The translations under genes and the position numbers were made by a program. 32,000 nt of DNA, from positions 1,650,001-1,682,000 of the forward strand of contig NC_016803.1 of NCBI RefSeq assembly GCF_000189295.2. The letters run 5' to 3'. Origin of the DNA: Pseudodesulfovibrio mercurii (GTDB taxonomy: Bacteria > Desulfobacterota > Desulfovibrionia > Desulfovibrionales > Desulfovibrionaceae). The notes beneath the pieces are model-generated. The model worked only from the letters and a program-made list of their open reading frames with translations. It searched no databases and was not told the origin of the DNA. Below are positions 16,116 to 25,045 of this stretch, piece after piece. Positions within the stretch are counted from its first letter, which is position 1; every line of letters starts with the position of its first letter.

Positions 16116-16274
16116 CACGTGTCGCCCAAGTGTCATTTTCAGCGGCAACTATGGTTTTTGTGGTAAATATGGCGTTTTCAACCCATTGAAATAACATAGG
16201 TAAGCGACCTTCCGGTTGATTGTTTACGGCCTTTCACGCCGTTAACAGGGGTTCAAATCCCCTTGGGGACGCCA
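16116..16274. repeat. Conserved island right end (about 110 bp) plus att core copy 2 (16226-16274)
   Basis: This block of about 159 bp recurs at 25046-25203 and 28794-28951. Its last 49 bp are identical to tRNA-Glu positions 2050-2098. Confidence 0.9.
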
Positions 16275-16283
16275 AGGAAACAC

Positions 16284-16318
16284 AAGGCCTTACGCAGATT
16301 GCGTAAGGCCTTTTCCAT
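16284..16318 (+). terminator. Hairpin homologous to the post-tRNA terminator
   Basis: aaggccttacgc-agatt-gcgtaaggcctt followed by 'ttccattt'. The stem is the same as at 2108-2136 and the loop differs. Confidence 0.5.
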
Positions 16319-16319
16319 T

Positions 16320-16951
16320 TCACGCGGCACCCGCGAGCGTCATTGCTCCTGGATCAGTTTCCGACCGCATCGGCCAGGGCCGCATCCGGGGCTTCCACGG
16401 CGCCGGTGGTCTTCTTCGTCCGATGTAGCGCTGGGTCGTGGCGATGGACTTGTGCCTGAGCAAGTGCTTCACTTCCATGATGGTCGCACCGTTGTCGATG
16501 GCCACTCGGGCCGCCAGATGACGGATGCCATGAAAGCCGAACGGCTTCACCCCTGCTTCGGCGCACAACCGCTTCAACCACCGGTTGTTCGGGTCCAGAA
16601 GACCGTTGAACCGGCTGCCGAAGACCAGATCCTCGGCGCCGGACACCAGCTTCCATTCGGCCAGCTTGGCTCGAAGCCCTGCGGACATGGGGAGCTCATC
16701 GAATTCCGCGTTTCCGCTTCGACGCTTCCGTGTCCAGTAGCCGACAAGCCCTAATCCGAAGTCGACCTCGCTCCACTTGAGCTTCCAGAGCTCGCTCCTG
16801 CGCGGCGCGGTATGGAAGGCCAGCAACAGCAGTTGCCGACGACGAGGCCCGGCCAGGTCCAGCACCTTGCGGAAATCGTCCAGCGGCGGGACATAGCGCG
16901 GGTGGCGATCCTCGGGGAACCTGTCCACATGCTGAAAGGGATTGTCCCGGT
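16320..16951 (-). pseudogene. Tyrosine integrase remnant (5'-deleted and 3'-frameshifted)
   Basis: Homology to the island 1 integrase starts only at 'DNPFQHVDRFPEDRH...', so roughly the first 150 codons are missing. A 4-nt deletion relative to 2240-2263 changes '...TTQRYILRVKKTTGAVDAL...' to '...TTQRYIGRRRPPAPW...'. The tracked ORF start (16985) lies in unrelated sequence. Confidence 0.8.
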
Positions 16952-17063
16952 GCGGGACTCCCAGCCAACCCTTCAGTTTAAGCACGCCGGTATCTTTGAG
17001 AGCAAGGAACCGGAAACGGATATTTTTGTTTTTTTACAAGTATTGCTCCTGCCCAGTGAAAGT

Positions 17064-17153
17064 CCTCCCCGCCCATCGGTTTGAACCGATGGGCGGGGAG
17101 GACGGTTCCATGGGTGAGAGAAATCGCCCAGGCGATCTCTCTCACCCATGGAA
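17064..17153 (-). repeat. Tandem hairpins, structural counterparts of 3668-3752
   Basis: Hairpin 1' (17064-17101) has a 16-bp perfect stem. Hairpin 2' (17106-17153) has a 23-bp stem whose single A/C mismatch becomes G-U on the minus transcript. The stem sequence of hairpin 2' differs largely from the island 1 version. Confidence 0.7.
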
Positions 17154-17163
17154 CCTCACGCCC

Positions 17164-17188
17164 AAAAGGAAACCCCGCCGAAGCGGGG
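17164..17188 (-). terminator. Intrinsic terminator of the rec2 paralog
   Basis: On the minus strand, ccccgc-ttcg-gcgggg is followed by 'tttcctttt', 5 nt after the stop codon. Confidence 0.65.
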
Positions 17189-17193
17189 TCCTG

Positions 17194-18150
17194 TCACTGA
17201 CAGCTGCCAAGGTAGGCATCGGACACATCCCGCCTTCCTCCGGAATGTCCTGCGGTCACTTCGATTTCGTCACGGGCTTCGGCGTCAAGCCGATGCCATT
17301 CATCCCCTGCCACGTCATAGGCCGTTTGTTGGAAGACTTTTACTGAAGGGTGCTGATTGGGCGGCTGAAAGCCCGTGTGCTCAACGTACAGGCGGTGAAA
17401 CCGTTCATGACGGTTGCTGTGCAGTGTCCACCCACTTTCCTTCTTGGTGAACCCGCAAAGCCTGGCCGCGTACGAAAGCTTTTCCTGCCACTTGTCGCCC
17501 ATCCCTTCAGGCATGAGATTATGTACCCCCGGTCTGTTGGATTGGCTGATATATGGCAACGCCCGTTCCAGAGCGTCCTGCTGCTTGTCGGACAGATTGG
17601 CCAGCGTCCTGGGCCGTCCCCCCTTCGTCCCATACTGGACGAGCAGGCTGCGGCCTTCCCTGTTCCAGTCCGTGTCCAGATCGACTTTGGCCGATTCTTC
17701 TCGGCGAACGCCCAGTTCCCATTGCAGGCGGATTTGGGCGGCACACCGGGGACCGTATTCATGGGCAAGCTCTTTTCCCAGCTTGTCGATTGCCCCCTGC
17801 ACGAAGGCGGGGGCAACCGCTTTGCTGTTGGCGTTGGCAATGCTGCCCGGCCGAACGTCGAACACGTCATTGGTCGGGCTGATGCCGGTATTCCCATAGG
17901 CCTTGCAAAGGTCACGGGCCGCCGAAAAGATTTCGGCGATGCGCCCGTCACCCTTGCCTTCTTCCTGCATTTGCCGGGCAACAGCCGAAAAATGCTTGTT
18001 CGTAACATTGGTCCATTTGCGAACCCCGAACCCTGCACGGCGAAGCCGCTTGGCAAAAGCTCGGGCATTCTGACGGACCCTGTTCTGCTTCGAGCGCGGG
18101 CCGGACAGGGTTGCCCTGTTCGCGCCCAGTACCAGACTGATGGATTTCAT
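17194..18150 (-). CDS. Second tyrosine-recombinase-like protein, island 2 paralog (intact)
   Basis: 318 aa from the SD-preceded ATG at 18150. My manual alignment finds about 22 amino-acid differences from the 3798-4754 product. The extended ORF to 18321 has no counterpart in island 1. Confidence 0.6.
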   Translation of the reverse strand: MKSISLVLGANRATLSGPRSKQNRVRQNARAFAKRLRRAGFGVRKWTNVTNKHFSAVARQMQEEGKGDGRIAEIFSAARDLCKAYGNTGISPTNDVFDVRPGSIANANSKAVAPAFVQGAIDKLGKELAHEYGPRCAAQIRLQWELGVRREESAKVDLDTDWNREGRSLLVQYGTKGGRPRTLANLSDKQQDALERALPYISQSNRPGVHNLMPEGMGDKWQEKLSYAARLCGFTKKESGWTLHSNRHERFHRLYVEHTGFQPPNQHPSVKVFQQTAYDVAGDEWHRLDAEARDEIEVTAGHSGGRRDVSDAYLGSCQ

Positions 18151-19232
18151 GTGAATCTCCTTCCTGAAATTCGGGGCAGCGCCCCGGGACAAAGCTGGTC
18201 GGACTTTTCCCGTTTGCCGGAAAATGATCTGCCCATGACGCGAATACGCCACACAACAACCGACACGGGAAAAATCAATGTCCGTTTCCCACAGAAGGAA
18301 AAATTCTGAGAATCCATTCAATAAGGGGTGCTACCACGCAGGCTCGTTCATCCTGCGCATAAAGCGGTGGTCGTGGGGGAATTTCGACAACGGCAGATTT
18401 CTAGATACCTGTCGTTTGTCCGGCGAGGGTGCTGTGTTCCAGCCTGGCGTTTGGATGTAAAAGCGGGCCGTTTGGAAATAAACGGCAGAGAAGTATTTGG
18501 TGTTACGGAATGTTAGTGCCAACATAAGCGTTCATAAGTTTTAACGAAGTCTAAACTGATAAACGCGCCTTGGATGCGTTTTACCTCCTTCCGGTTACTC
18601 AACCTGACTGGTTATGCCCTGTCGTATCATCTCGGGAAATCGCCGCGCAAGCTCCGGCGGCACGGATTCTTCACCTCCCGCCGTTTTCCCTGCGAGCGTG
18701 ACGCAAGCAGCCGTCAAGGCAAGGCCAAGCCCTTCGGGCGGACGCTTCGCGGTCCGGCCTGGCCCCGACGACTTTGCTTGCGTCGTCATCCGCGCAGGCG
18801 ACGGCGAGAGGGATGGCGGCTTCGACTCCGGCTCAAGGGATGGGGAGCGCATTGGGTGCCATCGCTAATTCCAAGCCCACTTTATTTTTTCCATCGAACT
18901 GTCCGAACACCCAGTCCGATCTCTTATGTGCAAAATGATTTTTGAAATTTGTACGAATGCGCTAGATTGACAAAACAATATTAATACTGCCCTCTTTCAC
19001 TTCTTACGAAGACGACAGAGGGTTCCCCCCTTGGGGAATCCCCGTCGTCAAATAGAAACGGATAGCTGACGCGGGAGGCCGGGCCTGATGGGAAATGAAG
19101 GCATGGAAGATCCAAGCAAGCAGTTCGACGGAGTACAGGCCGTGGATAGCATCTCGTTTGCCGCGGAGCGGGGGGGGCTATCCGAGCTCGGACCATTCCA
19201 GGCAAGCCTCAACAACACCGGGAGACGGTGGG

Positions 19233-19781
19233 TTGCCTGATCGATCGCAATCGCAACTCCCGGACGAGGCCCTGTTGGAAGCCTCGGGAAACGGGGACCG
19301 ACAGGCCTTCGGCGAACTGGTCCGGCGGCACCAGTCCTGGGCCTGGGGTGTGGCCTATCGTTTCCTTGGCTCCAAGGACGAGGCCGAGGACATTGTCCAG
19401 GCCGCCTTCATCAAGCTGCTTGCCGCATCACACCGCTATCGCCGAACCGCTCGTTTCAAGACGTTTTTCCACGTCATCATATCCCGGCTCTGTCTGGATC
19501 ATGCCAAGAAGAAAAAGCCCGGACCGTCGGATGATTATCTGGAATTGGCCGATCCATCCCCCGGACAGGAGGAGGCGCTGATGGCGAGCCAGGACGCGAC
19601 GCGCGTGCGCCTGGCATTGGATACCCTCCCCCCCAAACAACGCATGGCCTTGGTACTGCGTTATTATGAAGGACTCGGCTACGATGAAATGGCCACCGTG
19701 CTCGAAACGTCGCGCAAGGGAGTCGAGCGGCTACTGTCAAGGGGACGCGAGGCATTGCGCACGGAATTGGCATCGCGTTGA
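19233..19781 (+). CDS. ECF (sigma-70 family) RNA polymerase sigma factor
   Basis: Region 2 'DRQAFGELVRRHQSWAWGVAYRFLGSKDEAEDIVQAAFIKL' and region 4 'LPPKQRMALVLRYYEGLGYDEMATVLETSRKGVERLLSRGREAL'. The start is uncertain: I chose the TTG at 19233 preceded by GGAG, and the ORF track starts at the ATG at 19095. Confidence 0.8.
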   Translation: MPDRSQSQLPDEALLEASGNGDRQAFGELVRRHQSWAWGVAYRFLGSKDEAEDIVQAAFIKLLAASHRYRRTARFKTFFHVIISRLCLDHAKKKKPGPSDDYLELADPSPGQEEALMASQDATRVRLALDTLPPKQRMALVLRYYEGLGYDEMATVLETSRKGVERLLSRGREALRTELASR

Positions 19782-19848
19782 ACTTTTTTTGTTCGAAGGC
19801 GGGGGTTTTCCCTACTTGAGTCGTTTAATGATAACGAGGTCAGCAAAC

Positions 19849-20322
19849 ATGCATTGCCGAAATTGCCATACACGTCTTTCCGCCTACCTGGACGGCGAAC
19901 TGCCCGAACGGGAACTGCGGGAGATGAAACGCCATCTCGATGGGTGCGCGGCCTGCCGCGCGCGCCTTGCCGAGCTGGAGGCTCTGGAAGCACCTCTTGC
20001 CTCCCTGGACACTCCGGCGATGCCGGGCGATCTGGAATTCCGGATCATGGCCCGGGCTTCACGAGAGTATTTCGATTCCCCGGCCAAAAGCCGCTTCCGG
20101 GAGATTGTCCGCAGAGGGCTGGGGATGACGGTCACGGCATCCGCCCTTGCCGTCGGCCTGCTTCTGGGAGGTTTGCTCGGGTGGAACAGCCATGGCGGAT
20201 CTATCTCTGAACGGGCCATGATGCGGACCGAGAATGTAGTCTTCGCGTCCCTGAGTGCGGCTCCCGGCGGGTCTATCGAGGCCGCGGTGCTAGCCGGATT
20301 CGACGGCGGGGGGAGGTTGTAG
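19849..20322 (+). CDS. Anti-sigma factor, zf-HC2 type, single transmembrane helix
   Basis: 'CRNCHTRLSAYLDGELPERELREMKRHLDGCAACRA' is the H-x3-C-x2-C motif. The TM segment is 'MTVTASALAVGLLLGGLLGW'. GAGG lies 8 nt upstream of the ATG. Confidence 0.8.
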   Translation: MHCRNCHTRLSAYLDGELPERELREMKRHLDGCAACRARLAELEALEAPLASLDTPAMPGDLEFRIMARASREYFDSPAKSRFREIVRRGLGMTVTASALAVGLLLGGLLGWNSHGGSISERAMMRTENVVFASLSAAPGGSIEAAVLAGFDGGGRL

Positions 20323-20324
20323 TC

Positions 20325-20822
20325 ATGCATTATCTGAAGCGGTCGTTGCTGGCCCTGTCGCTGGGATTGAACATCGCCTTTGTCCTGTTCTGGGGCATGC
20401 AGTATTTCCCCGGACAAAATTCGACTCCGTTGGAGGCTTCCCGTCCTTCAGGAGACCGATTTTTTGCGGCGCGGTATGAAGGCGTGCAGGTGACTCCCGA
20501 ACAATGGAAAAAACTGGAGCCCTATGCCCTGGCCTTCAAGACCAACGCGGACCGTATCCGCCGGGAAACGATGCAACTGAGAACGCGAATGCTGGAGTTG
20601 CTGGCCGAACCCGTTGCCGACGAAAAAGCGATCCGGGCCATTCAGCAAAAGATTCTTATGAATCAGGGTGGAATGAAAGACGAGGTGCTTCGCCTTCTGC
20701 TCCACGAAAAGGCCGTGTTGCGGCCGGATCAGTTTTCAGGGCTGATACAGGCGATTCAGAATTACGGCGGCCGTGGGCCAGGATTTGGGGCAATGGCCGG
20801 GGGAAATCCGGGTTGGAATTAA
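20325..20822 (+). CDS. Periplasmic Spy/CpxP-like (heavy-metal-sensor-like) protein
   Basis: N-terminal signal/anchor, then helical repeats ('TPEQWKKLEPYALAFKTNADRIRRETMQLRTRMLELL', 'LRPDQFSGL'). It starts 3 nt after the anti-sigma stop. Confidence 0.55.
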   Translation: MHYLKRSLLALSLGLNIAFVLFWGMQYFPGQNSTPLEASRPSGDRFFAARYEGVQVTPEQWKKLEPYALAFKTNADRIRRETMQLRTRMLELLAEPVADEKAIRAIQQKILMNQGGMKDEVLRLLLHEKAVLRPDQFSGLIQAIQNYGGRGPGFGAMAGGNPGWN

Positions 20823-20867
20823 TTGCACGGCCGGGAAAACCCCAGGCCATGCGGACAGGAGAAAACC

Positions 20868-21578
20868 ATGTCGCTGATCGAACTGAACGGCATTTCGAAA
20901 AAATATCTGACAGGGCAGGTCGAAACCGAAGCCTTGAAACAGATCACCGTCTCCATCGAAAAAGGAAAACTCGTAACGTTCGTGGGACCTTCGGGAAGCG
21001 GCAAGACAACACTGCTCAACATCATCGGCTGCATGGACAAGCCATCGTCCGGAGAGGTCCGGGTGACCGGCACCAGGGTGGATACCCTGGGGAAAAAGGA
21101 AGCAGCCCATTTTCGCGGCAAGCATCTCGGCTTCATCTTCCAGTCATTCAATCTTATCCCGGTCCTGAGCGTGTACGAGAACATAGAATATCCCCTGCTC
21201 ATGATCACCCGGACTCCCGCGGTCGAGCGGCGGGAACGCGTGATGGCCGTGCTGGAGGCCGTCGGCATGACCGACCAGAAGGACAAGCGACCGGACCAGA
21301 TTTCGGGCGGCCAGAAACAGCGCGTGGCCGTGGCCCGGGCGCTGGTGACCAACCCGGAGGTTGTGCTGGCGGATGAGCCAACCGCCAACCTCGACCATGA
21401 CACGGCCCACAAGATCATCGATCTGATGAAAAAGATGCGGGACACCTATGGGACCACCTTCGTCTTCTCCACCCACGACCCGCGTATCGTCGAACACGCC
21501 GACGTGGTGCACGGCATCGAGGACGGCAAACTGCTGAACGGGAATCCCCTCATTCAGGGAGGCAAGGACCATGCTTAA
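20868..21578 (+). CDS. ABC transporter ATP-binding protein (MacB/LolD type)
   Basis: Walker A 'GPSGSGKTT', signature 'ISGGQKQRVAVARAL', Walker B 'VVLADEPTANLD'. ATG at 20868 follows 'GGAGAAAA'. Confidence 0.9.
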   Translation: MSLIELNGISKKYLTGQVETEALKQITVSIEKGKLVTFVGPSGSGKTTLLNIIGCMDKPSSGEVRVTGTRVDTLGKKEAAHFRGKHLGFIFQSFNLIPVLSVYENIEYPLLMITRTPAVERRERVMAVLEAVGMTDQKDKRPDQISGGQKQRVAVARALVTNPEVVLADEPTANLDHDTAHKIIDLMKKMRDTYGTTFVFSTHDPRIVEHADVVHGIEDGKLLNGNPLIQGGKDHA

Positions 21579-22824
21579 CATCTTCAAGATCGCCCTGCGC
21601 AACCTGGCGCGCTACAAACGGCGCACGGCCCTCACTTCCCTGCTCATCGTCATCGGCGTGTGCATGGTGGTCATGTTCTCGGGCCTCGCCGGGTCATTCA
21701 AGTCCATGATGATCGGTATCATCACGGATTCGAGCATCGGCCACCTGCAGATCCACCGCAAGGGCTACTTTTCGTCCATCGACACCATGCCCCTCAATCT
21801 GAACATGAAGGGACAGGGATACAAAAAAATTGCGGAAACCCTCGATGCCACTCCCGGCGTGGAGGCGTATGCACCGAGGCTGAAGCTCGGTGCGGTCCTC
21901 AGCAACTACATGGAAAGTACCAACGTCAGACTTTCGGCCATCGACCCGAAACGGGAAACGGCCGTCTGCACATCCCTGGCGGGCAGGATGAAGCAGGGCG
22001 CCCCCGGTCCCGGCGAGGATCTGCTCAAGAAGGGCCAGGTCGTGGTTCCCGAAAAGGTGGCCAAGAGCCTGGGGATGAAGCCCGGCGACTCCGTGGTGCT
22101 GGTCGCCACCAACAAGGACGGTTCCGTCAACGGCATGGAATTTCAGATTTCCGGGATCATCGAGGACATCATGGGACCGGGCGGCAAGGACGCCTACATG
22201 CACATCGAAGACGCCCGCAGCCTACTCCGCACCGAACCGGGCGAAGTTACGGAAATCGTGGTCAGGGTGTCCGACTTCAACAAGCTGAAGCCCGTCGCGG
22301 CGTCGCTCGCGGCAACGCTCGGACAGGTCAAGAACAAGAAGGGACAGCCCGCCTTTGAACTGCACACCTGGGACAAGCTGTCGCCGTTCTCCAACATAGC
22401 GAACATGATCGACCTGATGCTGGTCACGGTGAAGATCGTCATGGTCGCCATCGTCCTCATCAGCGTGCTCAACGTGATGCTGATGTCGGTCTTCGAGCGC
22501 GTACGGGAAATCGGGACCATCGCGGCCATGGGCACGTCCCCCGGAACGATCATGTCGCTTTTCGTGGCCGAAGGCGTGCTCCTCGGCATACTGGGGACGG
22601 TACTCGGCCTGATCCTGGGCGTGGGGGGATTGCTGGCCTTCAAGGCGGCGGGAGTGGCCTTCTCCTTCGGGCGAATGGACAACCTGATCGTGCGCCCGGA
22701 CATCAACCCCAGTGAAATGCTCTTCCTGTCGGCCATCGTCCTGGTGGCATCCGCCCTGGCCGCGCTGCAACCCGCGTGGAAGGCGAGCCGGATGGAACCC
22801 GTCGATGCGCTCGGCCACGTATAA
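21571..22824 (+). CDS. ABC transporter permease, FtsX/MacB-like (LolC/E family architecture)
   Basis: Layout is an N-terminal TM helix, a large periplasmic domain, then a C-terminal FtsX-type 3-TM bundle ('SVFERVREIGTIAAMGTSPGTIMSLFVAEG'). It overlaps the ATPase gene by 8 nt. Confidence 0.85.
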   Translation: MLNIFKIALRNLARYKRRTALTSLLIVIGVCMVVMFSGLAGSFKSMMIGIITDSSIGHLQIHRKGYFSSIDTMPLNLNMKGQGYKKIAETLDATPGVEAYAPRLKLGAVLSNYMESTNVRLSAIDPKRETAVCTSLAGRMKQGAPGPGEDLLKKGQVVVPEKVAKSLGMKPGDSVVLVATNKDGSVNGMEFQISGIIEDIMGPGGKDAYMHIEDARSLLRTEPGEVTEIVVRVSDFNKLKPVAASLAATLGQVKNKKGQPAFELHTWDKLSPFSNIANMIDLMLVTVKIVMVAIVLISVLNVMLMSVFERVREIGTIAAMGTSPGTIMSLFVAEGVLLGILGTVLGLILGVGGLLAFKAAGVAFSFGRMDNLIVRPDINPSEMLFLSAIVLVASALAALQPAWKASRMEPVDALGHV

Positions 22825-22843
22825 CCCCATGAGGACAAATGCG

Positions 22844-23590
22844 ATGCATAACGTAAGACATATTCTCATCCTGGTCGCCTTCAGCCTCCTCCTTGGCTGC
22901 GGCCAGGTGTTCGCCATGGATGCCGGGGAAGTGCTGCTGGCAGTGGACCGCAACCTTGCCCCGGTCAGCTACGAATCCTACCGCAAGCTCATCAACATCG
23001 AGCCGGACGGGAGCAAGCGGGAATACGTCCTGTACACCATCAAGAAAGGGCAGGACATGGTGGCCTCCGTCTTCCTGGAGCCTTCCAGCGAAAAGGGCCG
23101 TGCGACCCTGCGCCTGGGCGACAACATGTGGCTCCACATTCCGAGCGTGGCCAAGCCGGTCAGGATAACCAGCCTGCAATCGGTAACGGGCGGCATCTTC
23201 AATAACGCCGACATCATGCGGCTCGACTACAGCGTCGAATATGCGCCGGAGTCCATGGAAGAAAGCGGCGACGCCTACGTTCTCCGCCTCAAGGCGAAGA
23301 CCAACGACGTGGCCTATGACAGGCTGGAGATGCTGGTGGCGAAGGACCAACTGGTCCCGACGGAAATCAAGTGTCTCGCGGCGTCCGGAATGCTCATCAA
23401 GACACTGCATTTCAAGAAGATGACAGACTTCGGCGACGGATTCATCCGTCCGGCCATTGTCGAGACGGACAGCCCGCTTCACAAGGGGTACCTCTCGGTG
23501 ATGATTTTCGCCCGGATGAAGGCCAGGGACTTTTCGGATGAAGTCTTTACCCTCAACTACCTGCCGCGGATAGAAACCCTCCGTCAGTGA
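22844..23590 (+). CDS. LolA-like outer-membrane lipoprotein-sorting protein (lipobox present)
   Basis: 'ILILVAFSLLLGCGQ' is a signal peptide with lipobox. The body resembles the LolA_like family (from memory). The start is 22844 (GAGGA 8 nt upstream) or 22829. Confidence 0.65.
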   Translation: MHNVRHILILVAFSLLLGCGQVFAMDAGEVLLAVDRNLAPVSYESYRKLINIEPDGSKREYVLYTIKKGQDMVASVFLEPSSEKGRATLRLGDNMWLHIPSVAKPVRITSLQSVTGGIFNNADIMRLDYSVEYAPESMEESGDAYVLRLKAKTNDVAYDRLEMLVAKDQLVPTEIKCLAASGMLIKTLHFKKMTDFGDGFIRPAIVETDSPLHKGYLSVMIFARMKARDFSDEVFTLNYLPRIETLRQ

Positions 23591-23604
23591 TTGCGGGAAA
23601 GGGA

Positions 23605-24987
23605 ATGACGAAAGCCGGCGTCCAGCTCGGACTGTTCTTCTGCATGGCGCTTATCCTGGTTGCCTCGGCTTCGGCCCTGGCCCAGGATGAGCCCCTGTAT
23701 GATGCGGACTTCGACATTCCTACGGCGGAGGAAAAGCACTTCGAGTTCTGGGGCCAGGCCGAATTCCGAATGTACGAACGGCTCCTGAACAGGGACTCTG
23801 CGGTCTACGAGCAACGCTTCTACAACTCCCGGCAGGATGAACTCCAAGCGGACCTGTTGCTCCAGATCAAGCCCGAAATGTCCCTGAAATACGAGAAGTT
23901 CGGATTCTATGCCCGTCCACGTGCCGACGTCGGGTGGAGCCAGTTGCCCCTGTCGGCCTCCAGTGAGCCGGATGAACCGTCGGAGCGTTTTTTCAAGAAC
24001 GACCAGCACTGGGCGGGGGATATCATGCTTGAGGAAGGGTTTGCCGCCTGGAGACCGGACCCGAGATTCACGCTTGAAACAGGGAAAAAGGTCCTCAAAT
24101 GGGGCAAGGGATATGCATGGAATCCCGTGAGCTTCGCCAGCCGTCCCAAGGACGTAGATGACCCGGACCAGACCCGAGAAGGCTACGTCATGGGCGTCGC
24201 CGACGCCATTTTCAGCTTCGATGGACCGTTGCAGACGTTGGCGTTCACGCCGGTGATCGTTCCCGTATGGGAGCGGGTGAACACGGGGTTGGCATCGGAT
24301 GAAAGCGTTCTCTACGGGGGGAAGCTCTACTTCCTGATTGCCGACGTGGACATGGACGTCATGGCCATGGCCGGAGACTATTACGATACGTCCCTCGGCT
24401 TCGATTTTGCCATGAATCTCACCGACAATTTCGCCATCCACGGCGAAACGGCGGTCCGGTTGGGCTACGAGAAAACGGTGCTCCACGATGACGGAACCCG
24501 CAGCGTCGACGAATACGACGCCTGGAGCTTTCTTCTTGGCGCGCGCTACCTGACCGAGGACGAAACGACCTATCTCCTAGAATATTACCACAACGGAGAG
24601 GGGTACACCGCTTCGCAACTGGAAACCTACTACGACTATGTCCACACGGCGTACGACACGTATCAGGCCACGGGGAACGCCGCCGACCTGAATAAAAGCA
24701 AACAGGTATCGTCCTATTACAACCAGAGCAGCGTCGGACAGGACTATCTGTATTTCCGCGTGTCCCAAAAAGAACCTTTCGATATCCTCTACCTGAACAC
24801 GACAGCGACCGTGATCATGAACCTCGGGGATGGAAGCCTCTCCTTCAACCCCGAAGCATCCTACATGCTCACGTCCAACTTCGAGTTGAGGCCCCGGCTC
24901 ATCCTGCCGATCGGAGGCTCCGACACCGAGTTCGGCAACAAGCTTAACGCAGCCAGGGGCGAACTTCGGTGCGTGTACTACTTCTGA
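23605..24987 (+). CDS. Putative outer-membrane beta-barrel protein
   Basis: Signal peptide ('LILVASASALAQ'), alternating aromatic/hydrophilic pattern, C-terminal 'LRCVYYF' with a terminal Phe. Family not recognised. Confidence 0.55.
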   Translation: MTKAGVQLGLFFCMALILVASASALAQDEPLYDADFDIPTAEEKHFEFWGQAEFRMYERLLNRDSAVYEQRFYNSRQDELQADLLLQIKPEMSLKYEKFGFYARPRADVGWSQLPLSASSEPDEPSERFFKNDQHWAGDIMLEEGFAAWRPDPRFTLETGKKVLKWGKGYAWNPVSFASRPKDVDDPDQTREGYVMGVADAIFSFDGPLQTLAFTPVIVPVWERVNTGLASDESVLYGGKLYFLIADVDMDVMAMAGDYYDTSLGFDFAMNLTDNFAIHGETAVRLGYEKTVLHDDGTRSVDEYDAWSFLLGARYLTEDETTYLLEYYHNGEGYTASQLETYYDYVHTAYDTYQATGNAADLNKSKQVSSYYNQSSVGQDYLYFRVSQKEPFDILYLNTTATVIMNLGDGSLSFNPEASYMLTSNFELRPRLILPIGGSDTEFGNKLNAARGELRCVYYF

Positions 24988-25045
24988 GCTGAAAACCGAC
25001 GACTGGGCCAGCATCCGTTCCTCTCTCCTCTCCCCGGCAGGTTCT

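Larger units (their letters stand above)
2050..16274. mobile_element. Integrative genomic island 1 at tRNA-Glu (int-xis-rec2 backbone with an R-M/defence cargo)
   Basis: It is bounded by direct 49-bp tRNA-Glu 3' repeats. An integrase gene abuts the tRNA. The cargo (about 5450-16115) is visibly AT-richer than the flanks. Confidence 0.85.

Noticed and set aside
16952-16985. The apparent start (MLKLKGWLGVPHR) of the island 2 integrase ORF
   Set aside because: These codons lie beyond the deletion junction, in sequence homologous to the xis upstream region of island 1. They are a fortuitous in-frame extension and not a genuine N-terminus, so the gene is called a pseudogene.
17194-18321. An N-terminal extension of the island 2 rec2 ORF to 375 aa
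   Set aside because: The extra 57 codons have no counterpart in island 1, where the frame is closed. The SD-preceded ATG at 18150 is conserved in both copies.
18960-19094. A TTGACA at 18967-18972, and a 'ggttc...cgtc' spacing that could be read as sigma70 or ECF promoters upstream of the ECF sigma gene
   Set aside because: The TTGACA has no acceptable -10 element at 16-18 bp. The ECF-like match (GGTTC rather than GGAAC) is too weak to call without a known consensus for this sigma factor.
20504-24486. Large off-frame and antisense ORFs across the ABC/LolA/OM-barrel genes (20504-21376, 20819-21445, 21660-22358, 22194-22953, 22703-23482, 23584-24486)
   Set aside because: Each overlaps a gene with strong family motifs in another frame. 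Their products are Arg/Gly/His-rich with no recognisable domains.
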